From Chloroflexota bacterium (lineage in GTDB: Bacteria; Chloroflexota; Limnocylindria; Limnocylindrales; CSP1-4): a stretch of 64,000 nucleotides of DNA. The position numbers were made by a program, and so were the translations under genes. Under the pieces are notes generated by a model. It was not told the origin of the DNA and searched no databases. It saw only the letters and a program-made list of their open reading frames with translations. The stretch is taken from assembly GCA_046045415.1 (NCBI GenBank), contig JBJOLT010000042.1, forward strand, positions 17,468 to 81,467, read 5' to 3'. This document shows positions 56,003 to 64,000 of the stretch, piece by piece. Each line of letters starts with the position of its first letter. Within the stretch, counting starts at the first letter, position 1.

Positions 56003-56985
56003 AGCTCCGGATCGGCTTCAACGTCTGGGGTCAGTTCGCGACCTGGGACGAGCTGATCGAGGCGGGCCGGACGATCGACGGGCTCGGCTTCGACGCCCTC
56101 TGGGCCTCGGACCACTTCATCCCGTCGATCCCGAAGGTCGACGGCGCGGAGCAGGTCGTCCGCGGCCCGATGTGGGAGGGCTGGATGCTCGCCGCCGGCT
56201 GGGCCGCGGCGACGAGCCGGGTGACGGTCGGGACGCTCGTCAGCGCCGCCGGCTATCGGAGCCCGGCGGTGATGGTGAAGATGGCGAGCGCGCTCGATCA
56301 CCTGAGCGGCGGTCGCGCCGTCCTCGGGATCGGGGCCGGATGGTTCGCCGCCGAGCACGCGATGTTCGGGTTCGAGCTCCTCGAGCCCGCCGCGCGGTTC
56401 GACCGCTTCGAGGAGTCGGTCGCCGTCGCGCGGCTCCTCCTCGACGCCGGACCGGGGACGCCGGTGAGCCACGACGGCCGCCACTTCACGCTCCGGGATG
56501 CCGTGAACGACCCCGCGCCGCTCCAGCGGCGGCTCCCGCTCATGGTGGCCGGGGAGGGGGAGCGGCGGACGATCCCGATCGTCGCGCGGTACGCGGACAT
56601 GTGGAACGTCTCCGGCGACCCGGCGACCATCGCGGGGAAGAACAGGCTCCTCGACGAGGCGTGCGCCCGCGCCGGACGCGACCCGCGGGCGATCCGCCGG
56701 ACGGCGCACCGGCGGCCGGCCCTCATCCGCCCGAGCCGGGACGAGGCGATCGCGACGCTCGCGGAGAGCTACGCGCGCCACGCGATCCCGTGGACGAGGG
56801 CGCTCGAGCTCGCCGACGCGTCGCCGAACGTCGGGACCGTCGAGGATGTCGTGACCGCGCTCGCCGACGTCGCACGGGCCGGCTTCGACGAGGTCTCGTT
56901 CGAGCTCCCGCTCCCGTACGACCGCCCGACGCTCGAGGCGCTCGCCGGGCCGGTCCGCGAGCGGCTCGCGGGGTTCCTCGCGTGA
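55999..56985 (+). CDS. LLM-class (luciferase-like) F420-dependent oxidoreductase
   Basis: GTG 55999 overlaps the upstream stop (GTGA). 328 aa. [20 protein letters not shown] and [12 protein letters not shown]. Confidence 0.8.
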   Translation: MKLRIGFNVWGQFATWDELIEAGRTIDGLGFDALWASDHFIPSIPKVDGAEQVVRGPMWEGWMLAAGWAAATSRVTVGTLVSAAGYRSPAVMVKMASALDHLSGGRAVLGIGAGWFAAEHAMFGFELLEPAARFDRFEESVAVARLLLDAGPGTPVSHDGRHFTLRDAVNDPAPLQRRLPLMVAGEGERRTIPIVARYADMWNVSGDPATIAGKNRLLDEACARAGRDPRAIRRTAHRRPALIRPSRDEAIATLAESYARHAIPWTRALELADASPNVGTVEDVVTALADVARAGFDEVSFELPLPYDRPTLEALAGPVRERLAGFLA

Positions 56986-57860
56986 GCGGTCCCCGCTTCG
57001 CCCGCCACGGGGCGCAGTCGATGACCGCGCCGCTCGTCGAGGTCCTCGTGAAGCGGCCGGGCCCGGCGTTCGGCGCCGCCTTCGACGATCCCGCGCACGG
57101 GTTCCTCCACCCGGTCGACCTCGCGCTCGCGCAGCGGGAGCACGACGCCTTCGTCGAGCTGCTCGGCTCGCTGGGGCCGCGGGTCCACCTCCTCGATGCC
57201 GAGACCGCGAGCCCCGACCTCGTCTACCAGTTCGACCCGCTCCTCGTCACCGATCGCGGCGCGATCCCGCTCCGCTCCGGCAAGCCGAACCGGCGCGGCG
57301 AGGAGCTCCCGGTCGAGGCGTGGCTGAACGAGCGCGGCGTCCCGACGGTCGGCCGGATCGATGCCCCGGGGACGGTCGACGGCGGCGACACGTTCTGGAT
57401 CCGCCCCGACCGCCTCTGCATCGGGCGGAGCCTCCGGACGAACGATGCCGGCGCGCGGGCGCTCGCCGCGATCGTCGGGGGCGACGTCCGGATCTTCGAC
57501 GTCCCGTACTGGAAGGGGGACGCGGAGCTCGTCCACCTCCTCTCGGTCATCTCGCCGGTCGCGGACGACCTCGCGGTCGCCTTCCTCCCGCTGATGCCGG
57601 CTGGGCTCCACGAGCTGACCCGGGAGCTCGGGATCCGGCTGATCGAGGTGCCGGAGGCCGAGTATCCGACGCTCGGCTGCAACGTCCTCGCCGTCCGGCC
57701 CGGCGTCGTCATCCTCGCCGAGGGGAACCCGGCGGTCGCGCGGGCGCTCGCGGCCGCGGGTTGCGAGGTCCACACGTACGCGGCGCGCGAGATCGGGCTG
57801 AACGGATCCGGCGGGCCGACGTGCCTCACCCGGCCGATCCTCCGCGAGACGGTCCGATGA
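56982..57860 (+). CDS. amidinotransferase / dimethylarginine dimethylaminohydrolase-like (guanidino-group-modifying superfamily)
   Basis: GTG 56982 (GTGA junction) or ATG 57021. [17 protein letters not shown] and the C-terminal [10 protein letters not shown] catalytic Cys context. Confidence 0.75.
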   Translation: MSGPRFARHGAQSMTAPLVEVLVKRPGPAFGAAFDDPAHGFLHPVDLALAQREHDAFVELLGSLGPRVHLLDAETASPDLVYQFDPLLVTDRGAIPLRSGKPNRRGEELPVEAWLNERGVPTVGRIDAPGTVDGGDTFWIRPDRLCIGRSLRTNDAGARALAAIVGGDVRIFDVPYWKGDAELVHLLSVISPVADDLAVAFLPLMPAGLHELTRELGIRLIEVPEAEYPTLGCNVLAVRPGVVILAEGNPAVARALAAAGCEVHTYAAREIGLNGSGGPTCLTRPILRETVR

Positions 57861-59158
57861 GCGCCGCAGCCGACAAGACCCCCGGCGCGCTGACGCCGCG
57901 CGAGGCGGCCGTCGTCGCGGCGATCGACGACGCGCTCCTCCTCGCCGATCTCGAGGCGCTCGTCGGGACGGCGAGCGTCACGGGGAGCGAGGAGGCCGTC
58001 CAGGCGCTGATGGAGCGGCTGATCGGCGCGGCGGGGCTCGAGGTGGAGCGGCACGAGCACGATCCAGCGGCGGTCGCCGCGGACCCCGACTTCCCCGGCT
58101 ACGAGATGCCCCGCGAGACGCTCCCCGTCGTCGCCGGCCGGCTCCGCGGCGGGCGCCCCGGCCGGCGGGCGATCCTCCTCGGACACGTCGACGTCGTCCC
58201 GACCGGCGATCCGGCCCGCTGGAGCGGCGATCCGTTCATCCCGCGGGTCGTCGACGGCCGGCTCATCGGGCGGGGCGCGTGCGACATGAAGGGCGGCGTC
58301 GCGGCGGCGCTCGCCGCGATCCGCGCGGTCGCGGCGGTGACCGGCGGCGGACGCGACCTCGCGGGCGAGGCGCTCCTCGTCTCGGTCCCCTCCGAGGAGG
58401 ACGGCGGCGCCGGGACGCTCGCGGCGATCCGCGACGGGTACGTCGGCGACGTCGCGATCATCCCCGAGCCGACCGACCTCGAGATCGTCACCGTCCATGC
58501 GGGGGCGATCACCTTCACGCTCACCGTCCCGGGGAAGAACGCCCATGCGTCCACCCGGCTCGAGGGGGTCTCCGCGCTCGAGAAGCTCGAGTACCTCCAC
58601 GGAGCGCTCCGCGCCGACGAGGCCGCCCGATGCGCCGCGGAGACGCGGCCCGAGATGGTCGCGCTCGGCCTCCCGTACCCGACGATCATCGGGAAGGTCT
58701 CCGGCGGCGACTGGGCGTCGACCGTCCCCGACCGGATCGTCGCCGAGGGGCGCTACGGCGTCCGCGCCGGCCAGACCGCCGAGGCGGCGGCCGAGGAGCT
58801 GTTCGACTGCATCCGCCGCGCGAACGAGGCGGACGAGTTCCTCCGCGAGCACCCGGCGACCGTCGCGATCACGGGCGCCCGCTTCTCGTCGGGGGAGATC
58901 CCGCCCGGCCACCCGCTCGCGGACGGCCTCCTCGCCGCGGTCGCCGACGTCACCGGCCGGTCGACCCGGACGAAGGGGGTCCCGTACGGCGCGGACATGC
59001 GGCTCCTCATCCGCCAGGGCGGGACCCCGACGGTGATGTACGGCCCGGGGACCGTCCGCCAGGCGCATGCGCCCGACGAGAGCGTCCCGCTCGCCGAGGT
59101 CGCCGCGTGCGCCCGGGTCCTCGCCGTCTGGCTCCTCCGGGAGCTCGACGCGAGCTAG
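57857..59158 (+). CDS. M20 family metallohydrolase (ArgE/DapE-like deacylase)
   Basis: ATG 57857 overlaps the upstream stop (ATGA). 433 aa. [19 protein letters not shown] and [11 protein letters not shown]. Confidence 0.82.
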   Translation: MSAAADKTPGALTPREAAVVAAIDDALLLADLEALVGTASVTGSEEAVQALMERLIGAAGLEVERHEHDPAAVAADPDFPGYEMPRETLPVVAGRLRGGRPGRRAILLGHVDVVPTGDPARWSGDPFIPRVVDGRLIGRGACDMKGGVAAALAAIRAVAAVTGGGRDLAGEALLVSVPSEEDGGAGTLAAIRDGYVGDVAIIPEPTDLEIVTVHAGAITFTLTVPGKNAHASTRLEGVSALEKLEYLHGALRADEAARCAAETRPEMVALGLPYPTIIGKVSGGDWASTVPDRIVAEGRYGVRAGQTAEAAAEELFDCIRRANEADEFLREHPATVAITGARFSSGEIPPGHPLADGLLAAVADVTGRSTRTKGVPYGADMRLLIRQGGTPTVMYGPGTVRQAHAPDESVPLAEVAACARVLAVWLLRELDAS

Positions 59159-59571
59159 CGAGGCGGCAGCGCCGGGAGCACCCGGGACATGAGGCAGAGC
59201 CGCGTCGTCGCGCGCCAGACCTCCGCGGTCAGCGTGTGGGCGGTCGTCCGCGGGACGAGCCGGTTCAGGTGGATCGTCGCGACGCCGTCGGAGCTCGTCA
59301 TCGTCGTCGCGTCCGAGAGCGTCGTCGCGTCGTAGCGGACGAGGAAGCGGACGGTCGAGCGGGTCGTCACGTCCTTCACCTGGATCGTCGCCACGAGGTT
59401 CCACCGGCCGTTCGGCGTGTTCACGATCATGAAGCAGCGCGCGGCGCCCGGCGGCTGGGTCGTGACGATCCTCGTCGCCCCGGACCCGGACCCGGGCCCG
59501 GCGGCGAGCGCGGGGAGCGCGAGGGTCCCGGCGAGGAGCGCGGCGGCGAGCACGGTCGGCAAGCGGGTCAT
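59155..59571 (-). CDS. hypothetical small secreted Thr-rich protein
   Basis: ATG 59571 preceded by GGAGGTG. 138 aa. Signal peptide [19 protein letters not shown]. No recognisable domain. Stop shares CTAG with the convergent M20 stop. Confidence 0.5.
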   Translation of the reverse strand: MTRLPTVLAAALLAGTLALPALAAGPGSGSGATRIVTTQPPGAARCFMIVNTPNGRWNLVATIQVKDVTTRSTVRFLVRYDATTLSDATTMTSSDGVATIHLNRLVPRTTAHTLTAEVWRATTRLCLMSRVLPALPPR

Positions 59572-59648
59572 GGAGGCACCTCCGCGGCGATCGTCGCGCG
59601 CGGCCGGCCGGGCGGCCAGTGGCGTTCCGCCCGAACGCGGGGGTCCCG

Positions 59649-61007
59649 CTACCCGAAGAGCTCGTCGAGGGCCGCGGTGAAGACGGCGGTATGGCGGTCC
59701 ACGTCCGCGGCGGTCGTCGCCGGGGAGATGAGCGCCATGTTGTGGAACGGCGTCATGAGGACGCGCCGGTTCATCGCGTAGAGGTGGAGGAGCCGCTCCA
59801 GCGCGGGGTCGGCGTGGTCGTGCTGCTCGCGCCCGTCCCGCGGCGGCGTCCGGAGGAAGTGGTACTCGGCGCGCGCCCCGAGCCGCGTCACGTGCCACGG
59901 GACGCCCCGGGCGGCGATCGCGTCGGCGACGCCCCGCTCCCAGCGCTCCGCGAGCGGGATCATCCGCGCGAACGCGGCCTCGGTGAGGACCTCCTCGAGC
60001 GTCGCCCGGATCGCGGCGAGCGAGAGCGCGTACCCGGCGAGCGTCCCGCCGATCCCCGCGACGTCCGCGTCGTCGACCGGGATGAGCTCGGTGATCCGCG
60101 CGGCGAGCTCCGCGGAGAGGCCGTACGTCCCCGCCGGGATCCCGCCGCCGATCGTCTTCCCGATGACGAGGAGGTCCGGCTCGAGGCCGAGCTCCCCGGT
60201 CATCCCGCCCGGGCCGGCGCAGATCGTGTGCGTCTCGTCGAGGAGGAGGAGGGTGCCGTGCCGGCGGGTCAGCTCCCGGACCCCCGCGAGGTAGCCGGGC
60301 TCGGGGAGGACGATCCCGACGTTCGTGAGCGCCGGCTCGAAGAGGCAGAGGGCGACGTCGCCGGCCGCGAGCTCCCGCTCGAGCGCCGCGAGGTCGTTGA
60401 AGGGGACGACGCGGGTCGTCTCCGCCGGGTCCACCGGCGCCCCGACGCTGCTGGGCCGGGGGACGACGCGGCCCCGGTCGTCGAGGACGGCGAACGTCTC
60501 GTCGACGGTCCCGTGGTAGCACCAGTCGTGGACGAGGACCTTGCGCCGGCCCGTCGCGAGGCGGGCGAGCCGGATCGCGAAGCGGTTCGCGTCGGTCGCG
60601 GTGAGCGTGAACTGCCACGACGGGAGCCCGAAGCGGCGGGAGAGCTCCTCGCCGACCGCGATCGCGTCCTCCGTCGGGAGCATGTGGGTGATGCCGCGCC
60701 GGAGCTGCGCCTCGACGGCGGCGAGCGTCGGCGCCGGACCGTGACCGGCCATCGCCCCGGTGTCGCCGAGGCAGAGGTCCACGTAGTCGTGGCCGTCGAC
60801 GCACGAGAAGTGCGCGCCCGACGCCGAGTCGACGAAGAGGGGGAAGGGGCCGGCCCACTTCACCATCCAGTGCATCGGGACCCCGCCGAGGAGCGAGCCG
60901 GCCGCCCGTTCGTGGAGGGCGCGCGAGCGCGGATGCTCCGCAGCGAAGCGATCGAGCTCGCGCTCGAGGAGGCGGGCGAGCCTCGTCCGGTCGAGCGTCA
61001 CGGCCAT
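59649..61007 (-). CDS. class III aminotransferase (glutamate-1-semialdehyde aminomutase-like)
   Basis: 452 aa. VDLCLGDTGAM, LLLDETHT and VIGKTIGGGIP (PLP Lys). Confidence 0.85.
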   Translation of the reverse strand: MAVTLDRTRLARLLERELDRFAAEHPRSRALHERAAGSLLGGVPMHWMVKWAGPFPLFVDSASGAHFSCVDGHDYVDLCLGDTGAMAGHGPAPTLAAVEAQLRRGITHMLPTEDAIAVGEELSRRFGLPSWQFTLTATDANRFAIRLARLATGRRKVLVHDWCYHGTVDETFAVLDDRGRVVPRPSSVGAPVDPAETTRVVPFNDLAALERELAAGDVALCLFEPALTNVGIVLPEPGYLAGVRELTRRHGTLLLLDETHTICAGPGGMTGELGLEPDLLVIGKTIGGGIPAGTYGLSAELAARITELIPVDDADVAGIGGTLAGYALSLAAIRATLEEVLTEAAFARMIPLAERWERGVADAIAARGVPWHVTRLGARAEYHFLRTPPRDGREQHDHADPALERLLHLYAMNRRVLMTPFHNMALISPATTAADVDRHTAVFTAALDELFG

Positions 61008-61076
61008 GGGGTCCCTCGTCGCGCGGATCTCGTCCGCGCAGCGTAGCGCCCGGCCGCGCGGCCCGGTGCGGTCCCG

Positions 61077-61268
61077 TTACGAGAGGCGGCGGCTGTACCC
61101 GCAGACGGGGCAGACGGCGTCGCCGCGCTCCCGGTCCAGCACGAGGTGCGTCGCGCAGCCGTTCGTCCGGCAGTAGAAGGGATCGGCGATCGCCCGGCGG
61201 CGCATCCGCCGGACGGCGGCGGTCCGCTGGGTGTGGGCGGCCATCCTGGCCGCGTGACGGGTGAGCAT
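61077..61268 (-). CDS. possible small basic zinc-ribbon protein
   Basis: Last 63 aa of ORF 61077..61487. Arg-rich N-terminus, then CRTNGC...CPVCG. Coding status is uncertain in this GC context. Confidence 0.35.
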   Translation of the reverse strand: MLTRHAARMAAHTQRTAAVRRMRRRAIADPFYCRTNGCATHLVLDRERGDAVCPVCGYSRRLS

Positions 61269-61460
61269 CGGTCTCCTGTCCGCCGCCCCCGGACGCATCC
61301 GGGCGGTTCGGCGTCGTGACGCTCGACGGCGATTCGTGCCGGAACGTCGTGGTCTTGTCGCCGGTCGCTGCGCGGGAGCGGAGTCCAGAGGTGCTCTGAC
61401 CTGCGCGCGGTCGGCCTTGCTGCCGATACGATGGGGGAGGTCGGCCGACCTGTCAAACGT

Positions 61461-61491
61461 GACCATCGGCGGGGGACCTCGGACCATCGGC
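61461..61491. repeat. 10-bp direct repeat with 21-bp period upstream of the Lon-like gene
   Basis: GACCATCGGC occurs at 61461-61470 and 61482-61491, read directly. Lies 58-88 nt upstream of ATG 61549. Confidence 0.8.
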
Positions 61492-61548
61492 CCTTCGGCC
61501 GCCGCCCTCCGCGTGGTTCCCTAGGTGCAGACGTCCGAGGAGGGCTCG

Positions 61549-64000
61549 ATGGAGAACGCCGCGCGTCCCGCCGTCCCGGCGGCCCAAGTGTCGCCCCTCG
61601 CCGCCGCGCGCCTCCTCCCGAGCTGCGATCCGGCGTCCCTCCCGTTCGAGACGACCGCCGAACTCCCCGACCTCGAGGAGATCGTCGGTCAGGACCGTGC
61701 GGTGGAGGCGGTCCGCTTCGCGATCGGGATCCGCCGCGAGGGATACAACCTGTTCGCCCTCGGCCCCGCCGGGATCGGGAAGCACACGGTCCTCAGCCAG
61801 TTCCTCGCCGCCGAGGCGCCGACCGAGAAGACCCCGTCCGAGTGGGCGTACGTCCACGACTTCGACCATCCCGAGCGGCCGCGTGCGCTCGAGCTCCCGC
61901 CCGGCCGCGGGATCGCGTTCCGGGACGCGATGGCCCGCTTCGCGACCGAGCTCCGGAGCGTCATCCCGGCCGCCTTCGAGGACGAGCGCTACCGCCAGCG
62001 GCGCGAGGCGCTCGAGGATTCGCTGAAGGGCCGCCGCGATGCGGCGCTCGCGGAGATCGAGAAGGAGGCGAACGAGCGCGACGTCCTCATCGTCCGGACG
62101 CCGGTGGGCGTCGGGCTCGCACCGTCGAAGAAGGGCGAGCCGATCGGGGGCGACGAGTTCAAGGCGCTCCCCGAGGCGGAGCAGGAGCGGCTCCGTGCGG
62201 CGATGAAGGCGACCGAGGCGCGGCTCGAGGAGATGCTCCGCCAGGTCCCGCGCTGGGAGCGCGAGCACCGCGACGCGGTCCGGGAGCTCGACCGCGAGGT
62301 GACCCGCGCCGCCGTCCACCATCCCATCGAGGAGATCCGCGCCGAGTTCGGCACGTACGACGGGATCGCCGGCCACCTCGACGCGGTGGAGAAGGACGTC
62401 CTCGAGAACGCGGGCGCGATCGTCGCCGCGGCGGTGGCCGCGTCGGGCGGCGCCCCGGGGCCGACGGGCGGTGACGACGGCGACATGGAGAGCGTGCTCG
62501 CCTCGGTCCGGCCGACGACCGGCGACGGGGTGATCCTCCGGCGCTACGCGGTCAACCTCCTCGTCGACCGCTCCGGGACGACCGGCGCCCCCGTCGTCCG
62601 CGAGGACCACGCGACGCTCGTCAACCTCGTCGGGCGGGTGGAGTACCTCTCCCGCCTCGGCGCCCTCGTCACCGACCACACGATGATCAAGCCGGGGGCG
62701 CTCCATCGGGCGAACGGCGGCTACCTCGTGCTCGACGCCCGCGACGTCCTCACCCAGCCGTACGCGTGGGAGGGGCTGAAGCGCGCCCTCCGCTCGCGCG
62801 AGCTCCGGATCGAGTCGCTCGGCCAGGCGCTCAACCTCATCAGCACCGTCTCGCTCGAGCCGGAGCCGATCCCGCTCGACGTGAAGGTGGCGCTCGTCGG
62901 CGACCGGCTCCTCTACGGCCTCCTCGTCGAGTACGACCCGGATTTCCCCGAGCTCTTCAAGATCGCCGCCGACTTCGAGGAGGAGGTCGTCCGCTCGCCG
63001 GAGACCGACCTCCTCTACGCCCGGCTCATCGGCACGCTCGCCCGCCGGGAGGGGCTCCGGCCGCTCGACCGGACCGCGGTCGCCCGCCTCATCGAGCACG
63101 CCTCGCGCCTCGCGGCGGACGCCGGGCGCGTCTCCACCCACATGCGGGGGATCACCGACCTGATCCGCGAGGCGGACCACCTCGCCGGCGACTCGGGACG
63201 GGACCGGCTCACCGCCGCCGACGTCCAGCGGGCGATCGACGGCCGCTACCGCCGATCCGGTCGCGTCCGCGAGCGGCTCGGCGACGCGATCCAGGAGGGG
63301 ACGATCCTCATCGCCACGGACGGGGCGACGGTCGGCCAGGTGAACGGCCTCTCGGTCGCGCAGATCGGCGAGGTCGCGTTCGGGACGCCGACGCGGATCA
63401 CGGCGAGCGTCCGGCTCGGCCGGGGCGACGTCATCGACATCGAGCGCGAGGTGGAGCTCGGCGGGCCGATCCACTCGAAGGGGGTCCTCATCCTCGCCGG
63501 CTTCCTCGGCGGCCGCTTCGGGGGCGGACTCCCGCTCGCCTTCCATGCGAGCCTCGTCTTCGAGCAGTCGTACGGCGGGGTCGAGGGGGACAGCGCCTCG
63601 CTCGCGGAGCTCTGCGCGCTCCTCTCGGCGCTCGCGCGCCTCCCGATCCGCCAGTCGTTCGCGATGACCGGCTCCGTCAACCAGCACGGGGCGGTCCAGC
63701 CGATCGGCGGCGTGAACGAGAAGATCGAGGGCTTCTTCGACGTCTGCGCCGCCCGTGGCCTCACGGGCGACCAGGGGGTGATCATCCCGGCGCCGAACGT
63801 CCGCAACCTCGTGCTCCGCCGCGACGTCGTCGACGCGTGCGAGGCGGGCCGGTTCCGGATCCACGCCGTCGCGACGGTCGACGAGGCGCTCGAGCTCCTC
63901 ACGGGCGTCGCGGCCGGGAGCCGCGACGAGTCCGGGAGGTATCCGGAGGGGACGGTGAACGGCCTCGTCGAGGCGCGGCTCGCCGAGCTCGCCGAGAGCG
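61549..64000 (+). CDS. Lon-like ATP-dependent protease (AAA+ module with a long helical insertion, S16 Ser-Lys protease domain); 3' end cut by the window
   Basis: Absent from the ORF track because there is no stop before the window end. ATG 61549, 5 nt after GAGGAGGG, and the frame is open to 64000. Walker A GPAGIGKH, a coiled-coil-like insertion of about 200 aa, GGYLVLDARD, then GVEGDSASLAE (Ser) and GGVNEKIEGF (Lys). Confidence 0.85.
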   Translation, partial: MENAARPAVPAAQVSPLAAARLLPSCDPASLPFETTAELPDLEEIVGQDRAVEAVRFAIGIRREGYNLFALGPAGIGKHTVLSQFLAAEAPTEKTPSEWAYVHDFDHPERPRALELPPGRGIAFRDAMARFATELRSVIPAAFEDERYRQRREALEDSLKGRRDAALAEIEKEANERDVLIVRTPVGVGLAPSKKGEPIGGDEFKALPEAEQERLRAAMKATEARLEEMLRQVPRWEREHRDAVRELDREVTRAAVHHPIEEIRAEFGTYDGIAGHLDAVEKDVLENAGAIVAAAVAASGGAPGPTGGDDGDMESVLASVRPTTGDGVILRRYAVNLLVDRSGTTGAPVVREDHATLVNLVGRVEYLSRLGALVTDHTMIKPGALHRANGGYLVLDARDVLTQPYAWEGLKRALRSRELRIESLGQALNLISTVSLEPEPIPLDVKVALVGDRLLYGLLVEYDPDFPELFKIAADFEEEVVRSPETDLLYARLIGTLARREGLRPLDRTAVARLIEHASRLAADAGRVSTHMRGITDLIREADHLAGDSGRDRLTAADVQRAIDGRYRRSGRVRERLGDAIQEGTILIATDGATVGQVNGLSVAQIGEVAFGTPTRITASVRLGRGDVIDIEREVELGGPIHSKGVLILAGFLGGRFGGGLPLAFHASLVFEQSYGGVEGDSASLAELCALLSALARLPIRQSFAMTGSVNQHGAVQPIGGVNEKIEGFFDVCAARGLTGDQGVIIPAPNVRNLVLRRDVVDACEAGRFRIHAVATVDEALELLTGVAAGSRDESGRYPEGTVNGLVEARLAELAES

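Noticed and set aside
61431-63864. ORFs 61431..62474 (+) and 61453..63864 (-), which overlap the Lon-like gene.
   Set aside because: They are Arg/Gly/Asp-rich low-complexity translations. The third frame, absent from the track because it has no stop in the window, carries Walker A and the S16 Ser-Lys motifs.

Overview
Very GC-rich bacterial chromosomal segment. By eye, third codon positions are almost always G/C; I did not compute GC content. Leu is mostly CTC and Val mostly GTC. Gene content and coenzyme-F420 genes suggest an actinobacterium-like lineage. I can support about 60 tightly packed protein genes. I recognised no rRNA, tRNA, CRISPR array, transposase or integrase. Gene content, left to right: (1) EEP nuclease/phosphatase, GDPD and a small CDP-alcohol-phosphotransferase-like membrane protein. 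(2) A phosphate/polyphosphate supercluster: candidate PHO box, pstSCAB-phoU-sixA, DUF190-crcB, ppx, and a CYTH-CHAD protein coupled to ppk1. (3) DUF971, a P-type cation ATPase, a DExH helicase, and tail-to-tail with it a DNA-ligase-like protein in which every catalytic lysine is replaced. (4) deoC plus a full aldehyde dehydrogenase and a coupled ALDH-like protein lacking the catalytic domain. (5) A roughly 1 kb stretch of atypical codon usage encoding an HTH-XRE/PD-(D/E)xK-like fusion, with two perfect 16-bp direct repeats. (6) An ABC-2 exporter and two EamA transporters. (7) argH convergent with argC-argJ-argB-argR, behind a promoter overlapped by a perfect 10-bp inverted repeat. (8) An ABC exporter and trxB. 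(9) The F420 operon LLM-cofD-cofC-cofE. (10) A PotABCD-type importer plus a HAD hydrolase. (11) Housekeeping genes: PPOX-like, IMPase, 5'-3' exonuclease, SRPBCC, nicotinamidase, aceE, SIMPL, PQQ sugar dehydrogenase and MarR/YceI. (12) A fully coupled orphan operon (class V PLP enzyme, LLM oxidoreductase, amidinotransferase/DDAH-like, M20 hydrolase) next to a class III aminotransferase. (13) A Lon-like protease cut by the window end. Most other long ORFs in the track are Arg/Pro/Gly/Ala-rich alternate-frame artefacts of the high GC content. I found no clear novel multi-gene system; the most unusual items are the lysine-less ligase-like protein, the HTH-nuclease islet, the catalytic-domain-less ALDH, the orphan operon, the stop-codon-containing tandem repeats at gene ends, and two genes whose only junction-compatible start is CTG. 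All functional calls rest on motif recognition by eye, with no database search.
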